This document shows, one piece after another, positions 38,409 to 46,779 of a stretch of DNA of 60,667 bases; within the stretch, counting starts at the first letter, position 1; each line of letters starts with the position of its first letter. The position numbers and the translations under genes are program-made. This stretch comes from Minisyncoccota bacterium (lineage in GTDB: Bacteria; Patescibacteriota; Minisyncoccia; Phycocordibacterales; Phycocordibacteraceae). The DNA lies in contig DASZTF010000058.1 of the NCBI GenBank assembly GCA_035548315.1, positions 1-60,667 on the forward strand, written 5' to 3'. Below the pieces are notes generated by a model. The model did no database searches and was not told the origin of the DNA. It saw nothing but the letters and a program-made list of their open reading frames with translations.

Positions 38409-38765
38409 ATGCGTCGTACCTCGCGGCCACTCACGTACCGAGATATCACCGTAGCCGGGCTCCTGGCTATCGGGATCGTTTGGTTCGGCTTTCTCACCTG
38501 GAATATCTTCGCGAAGGAGGAGCGCGCGCGGCACGACGTGGCCGATGCGGGTGCTGAGCTTGCGGCGCTCGATGCTCGCCAGACCACGCTCAAGGCTGAC
38601 CTCGACGAGCTCAACACTCCGCGGGGGCAGGAAGCGGCGCTCCGCGACACGGAAGGGGTTGCGCGGCCGGGTGAGCACGTTATCATCGTGGTGCCGCCCA
38701 CGGCGACCACGAGCTCCACGACCACGCTCCCGTGGTGGCAGAAGGTGCTCGACTGGCTCTATTAG
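38409..38765 (+). CDS. FtsB/DivIC-like septum formation initiator
   Basis: 118 aa: one TM helix, then a coiled coil (ELAALDARQTTLKADLDELN), then a GEHVIIVVP-type tail. Confidence 0.6.
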   Translation: MRRTSRPLTYRDITVAGLLAIGIVWFGFLTWNIFAKEERARHDVADAGAELAALDARQTTLKADLDELNTPRGQEAALRDTEGVARPGEHVIIVVPPTATTSSTTTLPWWQKVLDWLY

Positions 38766-38774
38766 TACCATGCA

Positions 38775-38845
38775 GCGGAATTAGTTTAGTGGTAGAACTG
38801 CTGCTTCCCAAGCAGTAGGCACGGGTTCGATTCCCGTATTCCGCA
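38775..38845 (+). tRNA. tRNA-Gly (anticodon CCC)
   Basis: Acceptor GCGGAAT/ATTCCGC, anticodon loop TTCCCAA, T-loop TTCGATT, discriminator A. CCA is not fully encoded. Confidence 0.9.
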
Positions 38846-38904
38846 CCGATACGTTATCCACATACCCCTTGTGGTATACTGGGGCGACTAACCCGTAGCC
38901 ATTT

Positions 38905-39147
38905 ATGGACAAAAACGTCACCATCTACAGCACCCCGACTTGCCATTTCTGCGAAATGAGCAAGGAATTCTTCAAGGAGCACGGCGTGAATTACACGGAG
39001 TACAATGTCGCCTCGGACCTCGAGAAGCGCCAGGAAATGATCCAGAAGTCGGGTCAGATGGGCGTGCCGGTGATCTTCGTCGGTGACGAACTCGTCGTCG
39101 GCTTCGACAAGGAAAAGCTCTCCGAACTCCTCGGCGTCAAGGCGTAA
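38905..39147 (+). CDS. Glutaredoxin-like protein (NrdH/Grx family)
   Basis: 80 aa with a CHFC active site in YSTPTCHFCE and a GVPVIFVGD motif. TGgTATACT promoter-like element at 38872-38880. Confidence 0.8.
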   Translation: MDKNVTIYSTPTCHFCEMSKEFFKEHGVNYTEYNVASDLEKRQEMIQKSGQMGVPVIFVGDELVVGFDKEKLSELLGVKA

Positions 39148-39162
39148 CGCACGGTACCGGAA

Positions 39163-39196
39163 GAAACAGCGGACCTGAGGTCCGCTGTTTCTTTTC
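39163..39196 (+). terminator. Rho-independent terminator
   Basis: 13-bp stem GAAACAGCGGACC / GGTCCGCTGTTTC with a 3-nt loop, followed by TTTTCG. Confidence 0.8.
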
Positions 39197-39264
39197 GCAT
39201 CTCGATGTGATAGGTTCTGGGTAGTTTCAACTCGTTCTGTCTAACGCAGGGAAGGGTCCATGCC

Positions 39265-40398
39265 ATGACTGCACTAAGTGTGTATTCTTTCGGTGAAGCA
39301 CGCACCGCCAATGGTCAACAGCTGCAATTCACGTGCCGCCCTAACGAACAATCCACCATCTCGGCTTTTCTCGCAGAGCACGTGGGTGACGTATCGGTGC
39401 CCATGAATCGCGTCGTGTCGCTTTCGCATGGCGCCTACCAGCAGTACTCACGCTACGACATCAAGCAGGATAAGTATGCTGGTTCGGATGGCGAGAGCGG
39501 TAGCTGCTACGCAGAGCTGCTCGAGATCAAGAATCCACCTGACGGTCGCTGCGGTGTCGTCATTTATTGGTACGGTACCAACGGCGATGGCGGATTTTCT
39601 GAATGGGGTTCGCTCGCAGACGCACGCTCCGCATGGGCCAAGAGCGGCGTGCGCTCATCTGGGAAGGCAGCCAAGGAGTGTAAGGGCTTTATCCGATTCG
39701 TCGAATGCGGCGTACTGCGCCCATGGTTCTATGCAATCGGCGATGAACATCTCGTCGGCGACTACACTTGTCCCCGCGGGTTGAATGACCATCCGGTCTA
39801 TCGGCTCGGTACGCGATTCCTGGCGTACGATCAGGACGGTGTGCCCGGGATTAAGACGTGCCTCGGTGCGCGCCTGATCCCCGCCGAAAAGGATAACAAC
39901 GGGTTCATGTCACGCACCTTCGAGGTCCCCGAACACTATGTCGTCTATTGGGACGACGGCACCGTGTACGATGAAGCGCATCGTGCGCCTTGGTGGACGA
40001 CGGAGAAATATCCAGCACCGCGCCTTATCGGCAATGATGATCTTTGGATTGCTGAAGCAACACGGCAGTTCAGATTGTTGCTCGCGGGTAAGACGAATGC
40101 CTTCTCGATTAACTTCACCGACGGCACCAAATTCAATGCACGCATTGCTCCGTCAAAGGATCGCAATCCATGCGCTGAAGGCCGGTATCGGGTCGCGGTC
40201 TCCTGCAAGGGAATCAGGACAAAGGCGGGCTGGGCCGATTTCGTGCCCACCCCCGAAGCTCCTGATGTTGTCGCCTACGTCACCCAGAAACTCGTCGAGC
40301 AGGGTAAAACCGTCACGCGCGTCGAGATCTTGGAAGCAGAGGTGAAGCCCGGTGGCAAGAAGTGGGCGGGTGCTTACATTTCGCCGCCACAAAAATAA
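39265..40398 (+). CDS. Orphan hypothetical protein (377 aa), no recognisable domain
   Basis: Long uninterrupted ORF with no signal peptide or TM helix and scattered cysteines. Somewhat lower GC than the housekeeping neighbours. Bracketed by tRNA genes. Confidence 0.6.
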   Translation: MTALSVYSFGEARTANGQQLQFTCRPNEQSTISAFLAEHVGDVSVPMNRVVSLSHGAYQQYSRYDIKQDKYAGSDGESGSCYAELLEIKNPPDGRCGVVIYWYGTNGDGGFSEWGSLADARSAWAKSGVRSSGKAAKECKGFIRFVECGVLRPWFYAIGDEHLVGDYTCPRGLNDHPVYRLGTRFLAYDQDGVPGIKTCLGARLIPAEKDNNGFMSRTFEVPEHYVVYWDDGTVYDEAHRAPWWTTEKYPAPRLIGNDDLWIAEATRQFRLLLAGKTNAFSINFTDGTKFNARIAPSKDRNPCAEGRYRVAVSCKGIRTKAGWADFVPTPEAPDVVAYVTQKLVEQGKTVTRVEILEAEVKPGGKKWAGAYISPPQK

Positions 40399-40487
40399 TC
40401 TCAAAACCAGAACTGCGAGAGGGTCATACCCCTCTCGCGTTTCTTTTTATAGAGCCTGGAATGGTGGTATTCTTCCTGTGATCGTTC

Positions 40488-40562
40488 GCCCCTGTAGTTC
40501 AATGGATAGAACGGCTCACTCCTAACGAGCTGATCCCTGTTCGACTCAGGGCAGGGGCACCA
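40488..40562 (+). tRNA. tRNA-Arg (anticodon CCU), CCA encoded
   Basis: Acceptor GCCCCTG/CAGGGGC, anticodon loop CTCCTAA with an A31-C39 mismatch in the stem, T-arm CCCTG-TTCGACT-CAGGG, then A-CCA. Confidence 0.85.
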
Positions 40563-40570
40563 CGGTAAGC

Positions 40571-40576
40571 TATAAT
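40571..40576 (+). promoter_or_regulatory. -10 hexamer TATAAT 6 nt upstream of ATG 40583; leaderless-type promoter
   Basis: TATAAT-CAGTGC-ATG, 9 nt after the tRNA-Arg CCA. Confidence 0.5.
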
Positions 40577-40582
40577 CAGTGC

Positions 40583-40846
40583 ATGGATCCCGAGCTCAAG
40601 TCGCTCCTCGACGAAAACCTCCGCCTCGCGCGCGAGAACAATATGATGCTGCTCGCGATGAAGCGCCGCGCGCAGTGGGGGCTCATCGGCCAGGCCGTGT
40701 TCTGGGTGCTGTTTGTAATTGCGCCGCTTATATTCCTCTGGGGCTATCTCGGCCCCCTCATGAGCGCTGTAAACGGCAATTTTGACGGCAGCGGGGCCAA
40801 TATGAGCGACCTCCAGAACCTGCTCCAGCAGTACCAGAATCAGTAG
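40583..40846 (+). CDS. Small membrane protein, hypothetical
   Basis: 87 aa: amphipathic N-terminus, one TM helix (WGLIGQAVFWVLFVIAPLIFLWGYL) and a Gln/Asn-rich tail. Confidence 0.5.
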   Translation: MDPELKSLLDENLRLARENNMMLLAMKRRAQWGLIGQAVFWVLFVIAPLIFLWGYLGPLMSAVNGNFDGSGANMSDLQNLLQQYQNQ

Positions 40847-40884
40847 GTGAAAGGGCAGGGCAGGTATGGTAGGATTCGCAAGAC

Positions 40885-40960
40885 GCTTGGATAGCTCAGT
40901 TGGTAGAGCACTTCCCTGAAGAGGAAGGGGTCGTCGGTTCGAGCCCGACTCCAAGCACCA
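40885..40960 (+). tRNA. tRNA-Phe (anticodon GAA), CCA encoded
   Basis: Acceptor GCTTGGA/TCCAAGC, D-arm GCTCAGTTGGTAGAGC, anticodon loop CTGAAGA, T-arm GTCGG-TTCGAGC-CCGAC. Confidence 0.95.
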
Positions 40961-40987
40961 TTGGTGCGGTATAGTGCAGATATAGTC

Positions 40988-42067
40988 ATGAGCATGCGGA
41001 AAAAGCTTTTTGCGTGGGTCGGCAGGAATGAGAAACATTTGTCCACGGCGGCGTTCGTGGTGAGTTTCATCATCGACAACCTCGCCTACGAGCGGGTGGA
41101 TGTCCCGTGGGTGACGTTCATCTTCACGGCCATGATGCTCATCGCGGCGATAAGCATTCTCGTGAGCCACTACCTGCACCGAGATCGAGCAGACGCCGCG
41201 CCTTCGATCAAGAATCCGTTCTACACGATCCTCCCGATCATCGCGCAATTCTTCATGGGCGGACTGCTTTCGGGCTGCCTCATTTTCTATACGCGCAGCG
41301 CGAACCTCATCGCGAGCTGGCCGTTCATCCTGCTCCTCGTGGTGATATTCCTCGGGAATGAAGTGTTTAGTAAGTACCGCGAACGTCTTACCTTCCAGTG
41401 CGTGCAGCTTTTCTTCGGGCTCTACTTGTACGCAATATTCGAATTGCCGATCGCGCGCGGTGCGATGAACTCGCTCATTTTCGTGGAGAGTGGGGTGGTG
41501 AGCGTGGTCCTGTTCGGTCTTTTCCTCGGCATGCTCCACGTGGTGGGGGCAAAGCGCCTCACCGCAAGCCTCCGGCGTATCCTCATCACTTCTGGAATTC
41601 TCCTCCTCTTGGTGAACTTTTTCTACTTTGCAGGCGTACTCCCGCCCTTGCCGCTCTCGCTGCGCGAGGCGGACGTCTACCATAGCGTAGCGCGCACGCC
41701 GGACGGGTACGAAGTCTCAGGGGAAACGGGGACCAAGCCGCTTTTCGGGCCGGAGGTCGTCCATGTCGTGCCCGGGAGCCCGCTCTATGTATACAGCGCG
41801 GTGTTCGCGCCTATTAGACTCAGCACGCCCGTGGTCCATCGCTGGGAAGCGTACGTGAACGGCTCGTGGCAGACGGTGTCAAAGGTGGGATTCCCCATAG
41901 CCGGCGGTCGCGACACCGGGTATCGCGGGTACTCTGAGCTTGAAAACATCACGCCGGGCGCGTGGCGTGTGTCTATCGAGACGCAAAGCGGCGCGGTGAT
42001 CGGCCGCGTCCGTTTCAATATTGAAAACGTGACGGCACCACCAGAACTGTATAGCGAGATAAAGTAA
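40988..42067 (+). CDS. DUF2914-type membrane protein
   Basis: ORF 40961 (TTG, directly after the tRNA CCA) trimmed to ATG 40988; ATG 40994 is also possible. About 8 TM helices, then a C-terminal beta domain (HRWEAYVNGSWQTV...GAWRVSIETQSGAVIGRVRFNI). Confidence 0.65.
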   Translation: MSMRKKLFAWVGRNEKHLSTAAFVVSFIIDNLAYERVDVPWVTFIFTAMMLIAAISILVSHYLHRDRADAAPSIKNPFYTILPIIAQFFMGGLLSGCLIFYTRSANLIASWPFILLLVVIFLGNEVFSKYRERLTFQCVQLFFGLYLYAIFELPIARGAMNSLIFVESGVVSVVLFGLFLGMLHVVGAKRLTASLRRILITSGILLLLVNFFYFAGVLPPLPLSLREADVYHSVARTPDGYEVSGETGTKPLFGPEVVHVVPGSPLYVYSAVFAPIRLSTPVVHRWEAYVNGSWQTVSKVGFPIAGGRDTGYRGYSELENITPGAWRVSIETQSGAVIGRVRFNIENVTAPPELYSEIK

Positions 42068-42075
42068 AAGACGAA

Positions 42076-42139
42076 ACCGGCAAAAATAAAAGGAGCTGAC
42101 TGCCGAGCGGCATGCGCGTACCCTTTTATTTTTGCCGGT
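42076..42139. terminator. Long AU-rich inverted repeat between convergent genes (probable bidirectional terminator)
   Basis: Perfect 18-bp arms ACCGGCAAAAATAAAAGG (42076-42093) / CCTTTTATTTTTGCCGGT (42122-42139), separated by a 28-nt GC-rich spacer. Confidence 0.55.
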
Positions 42140-42144
42140 GAGCC

Positions 42145-42639
42145 TTAACTTGCGCGGACTTTGAGTTTGGTCTGGCGCGCCTTGTCGTGCTTCGGCAGCA
42201 TGATAGTGAGGAGGCCGTCCTTTGCGCCGGCGGAAGAATTCTCGACGTCGACTTCCTGGGGAAGGAGGATGGTGCGCGAGAACGAGCCCCAGAAAAGTTC
42301 ACGCGTGAAATAGTCGGAATCGGAAATCGTATCGCGTTCGTCGCGCGAACCTTCGATCACTACCATGTCGCGGCTGATGGAGACATTCAGTTCATCAGCG
42401 CGGACCCCCGCGACGAATGCGCGGATCACAATCTCGTTCGCCGTCTGGTAGACGTCGACCGGGAGCTGGCCCTCGCTCTGGTCGTCATCCTGCGGGATGC
42501 TGCGGCTCACCTGGACTGGCGCGCTCGAACGCGCGGGCGCTGCTGCGGGGCGCTGCATCGGAAGATCGTCGTCAAAATCGTAGTCCTGTGCGGGGACGGA
42601 GCCGGAAAGGCGTTCGAAAAATGAGCGTTTAGGAGCCAT
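42145..42639 (-). CDS. Hsp20/alpha-crystallin small heat-shock protein
   Basis: 164 aa with an alpha-crystallin domain (PVDVYQTANEIVIRAFVAGVRADELNVSI...GLLTIMLPK). Confidence 0.85.
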   Translation of the reverse strand: MAPKRSFFERLSGSVPAQDYDFDDDLPMQRPAAAPARSSAPVQVSRSIPQDDDQSEGQLPVDVYQTANEIVIRAFVAGVRADELNVSISRDMVVIEGSRDERDTISDSDYFTRELFWGSFSRTILLPQEVDVENSSAGAKDGLLTIMLPKHDKARQTKLKVRAS

Positions 42640-42654
42640 GCGATAAGTAGTTAA

Positions 42655-43359
42655 TTATAAGGGCCTATTTTCGTATCGTTTCAGTACTTCAAAGAGAGCG
42701 AACAGCACGATGATACCGGTCCAGACGGTGAAAAACGCAGGAAGCGCGCTCGAACCGCCTTGCGAAATTATAAGTAAATTGAACAGTGCGTGCAATGCGA
42801 CGGCAAGGATAAGTCCCGTGCCGGCGATCACGGTGCGCAAGAGTGCCTCAAAGCGCACCGAGAATGCGAGCGCAAACCCGATGATGGAAGACGCGATGAT
42901 GTGGAGCAGAGTCGATCCCACAAACCGCAAGTCATCGGTCAGGATGCCTTGCGTGTACTGGCCCGCCGCAAATGGCGCCATCAGGAAGAGCGCGTTCTCA
43001 AGCGCGGCGAAACCAAGCGCCGCGGTGAGCATGTACACCACGTAGTCGAGCGGTTCGTCCACGTCCTTGCGCCAGAGGATGGCGCCAGCTACCACGAGGT
43101 ACTTCAGCACCTCTTCCACTACGGCCCACGCGAGGATCACTGGCGGGCGCGGGGTGGCGGTACAGCCGCCGAGGCTCTCGCAGGCCATATGCTCGAGCAG
43201 GAGCGCGAGTATCACCGCCGCCATGCCGGCGAGGAAGGCAAGCGCGATGAGGCGCTTGGGTTCCGGGTTCTTCGCGTCCTCCCGCAGGAGGAACACGAGC
43301 CACACAAGTGCAGGCACGATACCTGCGAGAAAGGCGTATACCACCGAAACCGATGTCAT
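42655..43359 (-). CDS. PrsW-family intramembrane metalloprotease
   Basis: 234 aa, polytopic. EEVLKY and HALFN motifs. Confidence 0.75.
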   Translation of the reverse strand: MTSVSVVYAFLAGIVPALVWLVFLLREDAKNPEPKRLIALAFLAGMAAVILALLLEHMACESLGGCTATPRPPVILAWAVVEEVLKYLVVAGAILWRKDVDEPLDYVVYMLTAALGFAALENALFLMAPFAAGQYTQGILTDDLRFVGSTLLHIIASSIIGFALAFSVRFEALLRTVIAGTGLILAVALHALFNLLIISQGGSSALPAFFTVWTGIIVLFALFEVLKRYENRPL

Positions 43360-43378
43360 TGCTTATATAGTAGCAGCT

Positions 43379-45574
43379 CTAGACTGGCCACTTCGCTACC
43401 ATGAGGAAGTCAGCGTCCTTGGTCGGCATCGACTGCCAGATCTCTTCTGTCACGAACGGCATGAACGGGTGGAGTGCGCGCAGCATCGCATCGAGCGTCT
43501 GGAGCAAGAGTGCTTTGCGCGATGCGATGACCTCGGCAGACTCAGTGCTCGGCGTGTCGTGCGTGCCGAAGATCTTCTTCGAGTCCTCGAGGATTTTATC
43601 CGCGAGCTCGTCCCACACGTAGTGGTAGAGTTTATCGGACGCGAGATAGAGGCGGTACTCGTCGAAATCTTTCGTTACATCAGCGAGCACTTCTGTGACG
43701 CGGGTCTCGCGTGCGGTGTCTGCTTCCGTAAGCGGCGCATTCACATCGGCACCGGCGGTATTCTCAAAGATGAAGCGTGAGACATTCCAGAGCTTGTTCG
43801 CGAAGAGCTTGTACGCCTTTACTTTCTGCTCGTCGAACTTTATATCCGCGCCAAGCGGCGTGCCCACGATGAGCCCCATACGGAGCGCATCAGCGCCGTA
43901 CTTCTCGATCACCTCAATAGGGTCGATGCCGTTGTTCAAGGACTTGCTGAACTTGCGCCCCTGCTTGTCGCGCACGAGACCGTGGATCATCACGGTCTTG
44001 AATGGCACTTCGCCGAGCAAAAATCCGCTTGCAAGAATCATGCGCGAGACCCATAGGAAAAGGATCTCGTACGCCGGACTCATAAACGACGTGGGATGGA
44101 AGGTCTTCAGGTCGGCCGTTTCGTCGGGCCAGCCGAGCGTGGAGAAGGTCCAGAGTTGGGAAGAGAACCAGGTATCAAATACATCTGCATCCTGCTCCCA
44201 GCCCTCGCCAGTGGGCGCTTCGCCTACGTGCACGTCATCGCCCTTGTACCACACCGGGATGCGGTGACCGAACCATATCTGGCGGCTGATGCACCAGTCG
44301 TGCAGGTTATCGATCCAGTGGAAGTAGGCGCTACGGAATCCATCCTGCGGCATGGAGACGCCGCCAGCTTCAACGGCTTTACGCATCAGTTCCTTTAGTG
44401 TGAGTGTCGAGCCGGACTCGATGCCAGGAATTTCTGAGTGGGCGAGTGTGAATGGCTTATCGACGCCGACAAACCACTGCAATTTGGGCAGGGGCTCCAC
44501 AATACCGCCCGTGCGCTCTGCAATGGAGACGTTCTGGGTGATGTCTTCTTCCTTCTCCATCAGACCTTCCGCGCGCAGCCACTCAGCGACTGTTTCTCGC
44601 GCTTCAGTAGTCTTGAGGCCGTTCACGCGGCCCGGCGCCGTCATCTTGGCGTACTCATTTATTACGATGCGATCTTTCGGGAGGTTATTGCGTTCAGCAA
44701 TGTCCCAGTCGGTCATGCTATGCGCGGGCGTCACGCCGACCGCGCCGGTACCGAATTCCGGATTTGCTGCCTGGTCACCAACCACCTTTATAGAAAGCGG
44801 TACATCGCAGAAGGTCACGTCGTACGTCTTACCGATGAATTCTTTGTAGCGCGGATCATCGGGGTGCACCGCGACGGCGACATCACCGACTTTGGTCTCG
44901 AGGCGCGTCGTCGCGACGGGGATAGGGAAGTCTTTTGAATAGCGGAACGTGTAAAGCTTTGCCGCGCGCTCCTCGTGCGCGATCTCGTCGTCGCTGATGG
45001 TGGTCTGGCCTTTGGGGTCCCAGTTCACGATGCGGTTACCGCGGTACACGAGTCCCGCATCATACATGCGCTTGAACGCCGTCATCACGGCTTTATTCCG
45101 CGGCTCATCGAGTGTGTAGGCATAGCGGCTCCAATCGAGCGATGCGCCCATGCGGCGGACCTGATTCAAAATAGTGCTTTCGCTCTGCTTCGCGAATGCT
45201 GCGACGCGCTTCACCAGTTCCTCGCGGCCAATTTCGTGACGGTTTTTCCCCTCGTTCTTTTGGATGTCCTTCTCCACACGCGCCTGCGTCGCAATTGCAG
45301 CAGAGTCAGTGCCCGGCACCCAGAGCGCCTTCTTGCCGCGCATGCGCTGGTAGCGCACTACCGAGTCCTGGAGCGAATCCTCGTACGCATGACCCAAGTG
45401 GAGCACACCGGTCACGTTCGGTGGGGGAAGGGTGACGGTGAATGACTCTGTGCGGTCGCCAGGGAGGTTGTCCGGATTGAAATATCCCGACTTTTCCCAC
45501 GCCTCATATATCCGACCCTCAGTTGCCTGCGGGTCGTACGGCTTCTTAAACTTTTCGTCCATGCCTTCTGCCAT
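43379..45574 (-). CDS. valS: Valine--tRNA ligase (short form lacking the C-terminal coiled coil)
   Basis: 731 aa. PPPNVTGVLHLGHA (HIGH) and KFSKSLNN (KMSKS). TGcTATAGT lies 7 nt upstream of the ATG. Confidence 0.9.
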   Translation of the reverse strand: MAEGMDEKFKKPYDPQATEGRIYEAWEKSGYFNPDNLPGDRTESFTVTLPPPNVTGVLHLGHAYEDSLQDSVVRYQRMRGKKALWVPGTDSAAIATQARVEKDIQKNEGKNRHEIGREELVKRVAAFAKQSESTILNQVRRMGASLDWSRYAYTLDEPRNKAVMTAFKRMYDAGLVYRGNRIVNWDPKGQTTISDDEIAHEERAAKLYTFRYSKDFPIPVATTRLETKVGDVAVAVHPDDPRYKEFIGKTYDVTFCDVPLSIKVVGDQAANPEFGTGAVGVTPAHSMTDWDIAERNNLPKDRIVINEYAKMTAPGRVNGLKTTEARETVAEWLRAEGLMEKEEDITQNVSIAERTGGIVEPLPKLQWFVGVDKPFTLAHSEIPGIESGSTLTLKELMRKAVEAGGVSMPQDGFRSAYFHWIDNLHDWCISRQIWFGHRIPVWYKGDDVHVGEAPTGEGWEQDADVFDTWFSSQLWTFSTLGWPDETADLKTFHPTSFMSPAYEILFLWVSRMILASGFLLGEVPFKTVMIHGLVRDKQGRKFSKSLNNGIDPIEVIEKYGADALRMGLIVGTPLGADIKFDEQKVKAYKLFANKLWNVSRFIFENTAGADVNAPLTEADTARETRVTEVLADVTKDFDEYRLYLASDKLYHYVWDELADKILEDSKKIFGTHDTPSTESAEVIASRKALLLQTLDAMLRALHPFMPFVTEEIWQSMPTKDADFLMVAKWPV

Positions 45575-45594
45575 CCCCTGGACTATAGCAGATT

Positions 45595-46779
45595 TTACGG
45601 CTTATTTGCGAGGGAAAGGTTCCCGTTCGCGCGAAGGGTGTCTGGGTCCGCGAATTCACCTCGAGAGGCACGATAGAAGCCCGCGAGGCCGATCATGATG
45701 GCGTTGTCGGTGGTGAGGGAGGGAACGGGGATGCGGAGCGCTACTTGCGGGTGCTTGTTTTTAATATTTTTCTCGAACTCGCGGCGAATGTGTGCGTTCG
45801 CAGCGACGCCACCACCGACGACGACTGTCTGCGCGCCGGTCGACTCGATAGCGTCACTGGTTTTCTTCCAGAGCACTTCTGCCGCCGCGTCTTCAAACTC
45901 GCGCGCGATGTGCTTTTTCTGTGTATCGCTGAGCTCGCTATTATTTTTGAGCAAGTACAAAACTGCAGTTTTGAGTCCCGCAAAAGAAAAGTCGCCGGTT
46001 TCAGAATCGATCATCGGGCGTGGGAGCGCGTAGGGATTCTCTTCATTGATCGTGCGCGCGTCCTCGGCGAGCCGAGATATTTCTGGGCCGCCAGGGTAGG
46101 GCAGGCCGAGCATGCGCGCGACTTTATCGAATGCTTCACCCACCGCGTCGTCGCGCGTCTGTCCCACAAGCGTGTAAGTGATCCAGGGATTCATGAGCTC
46201 TAGCTCCGTGTGGCCGCCAGATATAAGGAGCGCCAGAATCGGCAGCTCCGCGTTCCCTATCATGATCTTTTCGGCTTCCCTCTTAGCTATGCCTGCAAGG
46301 ATGTGACCCTCCATGTGGTTGATGCTCACGATTGGCTTACCCCAAGCTGCGGAGAGTGCTCGGGCGAAGTTCACCCCGACCCATAGCGCAGGTTCGAGCC
46401 CGGGGCCATACGTAACCGCGATCACATCGATGTCCGGAACTTCGTGCTCAGCGAGAAATTCTTGCAGCTGCTCATCGAGCTCCGGCTCGCGCTCGAGCAT
46501 TGCTGCGATTTTTGATTTGAGTTCGTCCGGCACATTCTGCACACTCTCATGGAGCATTTCTGCTTCCTCAAGCGCAGACGTTAAAAGGGGAACGAGATTT
46601 TTTGCGTGCTCGCGTTTCGCAAGATGCGGGAACACGCCACCGTATTCGCGGTGGATTTCTATCTGCGAGAGCAACGCGTCGCCACGAATTATGAACTCAG
46701 CGTGCTTTTCATCGCCGGTCGCTTCGAGTATCGCAACTGCTGTTTCATCGCACGAGGTTTCAATCGCGAGAATTTTCAT
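45595..46779 (-). CDS. tsaD: tRNA N6-adenosine threonylcarbamoyltransferase
   Basis: ORF trimmed to ATG 46779 (MKILAIETSCDETAVAI), which overlaps the upstream stop as ATGA. HMEGH and GGGVAAN motifs. Confidence 0.9.
   Translation of the reverse strand: MKILAIETSCDETAVAILEATGDEKHAEFIIRGDALLSQIEIHREYGGVFPHLAKREHAKNLVPLLTSALEEAEMLHESVQNVPDELKSKIAAMLEREPELDEQLQEFLAEHEVPDIDVIAVTYGPGLEPALWVGVNFARALSAAWGKPIVSINHMEGHILAGIAKREAEKIMIGNAELPILALLISGGHTELELMNPWITYTLVGQTRDDAVGEAFDKVARMLGLPYPGGPEISRLAEDARTINEENPYALPRPMIDSETGDFSFAGLKTAVLYLLKNNSELSDTQKKHIAREFEDAAAEVLWKKTSDAIESTGAQTVVVGGGVAANAHIRREFEKNIKNKHPQVALRIPVPSLTTDNAIMIGLAGFYRASRGEFADPDTLRANGNLSLANKP

Noticed and set aside
40961-40987. TTG start immediately after the tRNA-Phe CCA for the DUF2914 gene
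   Set aside because: It is possible in a tRNA-punctuation scenario. However, ATG 40988 or 40994, with TATAGT hexamers just upstream, are more conventional starts. This is kept as an alternative only.
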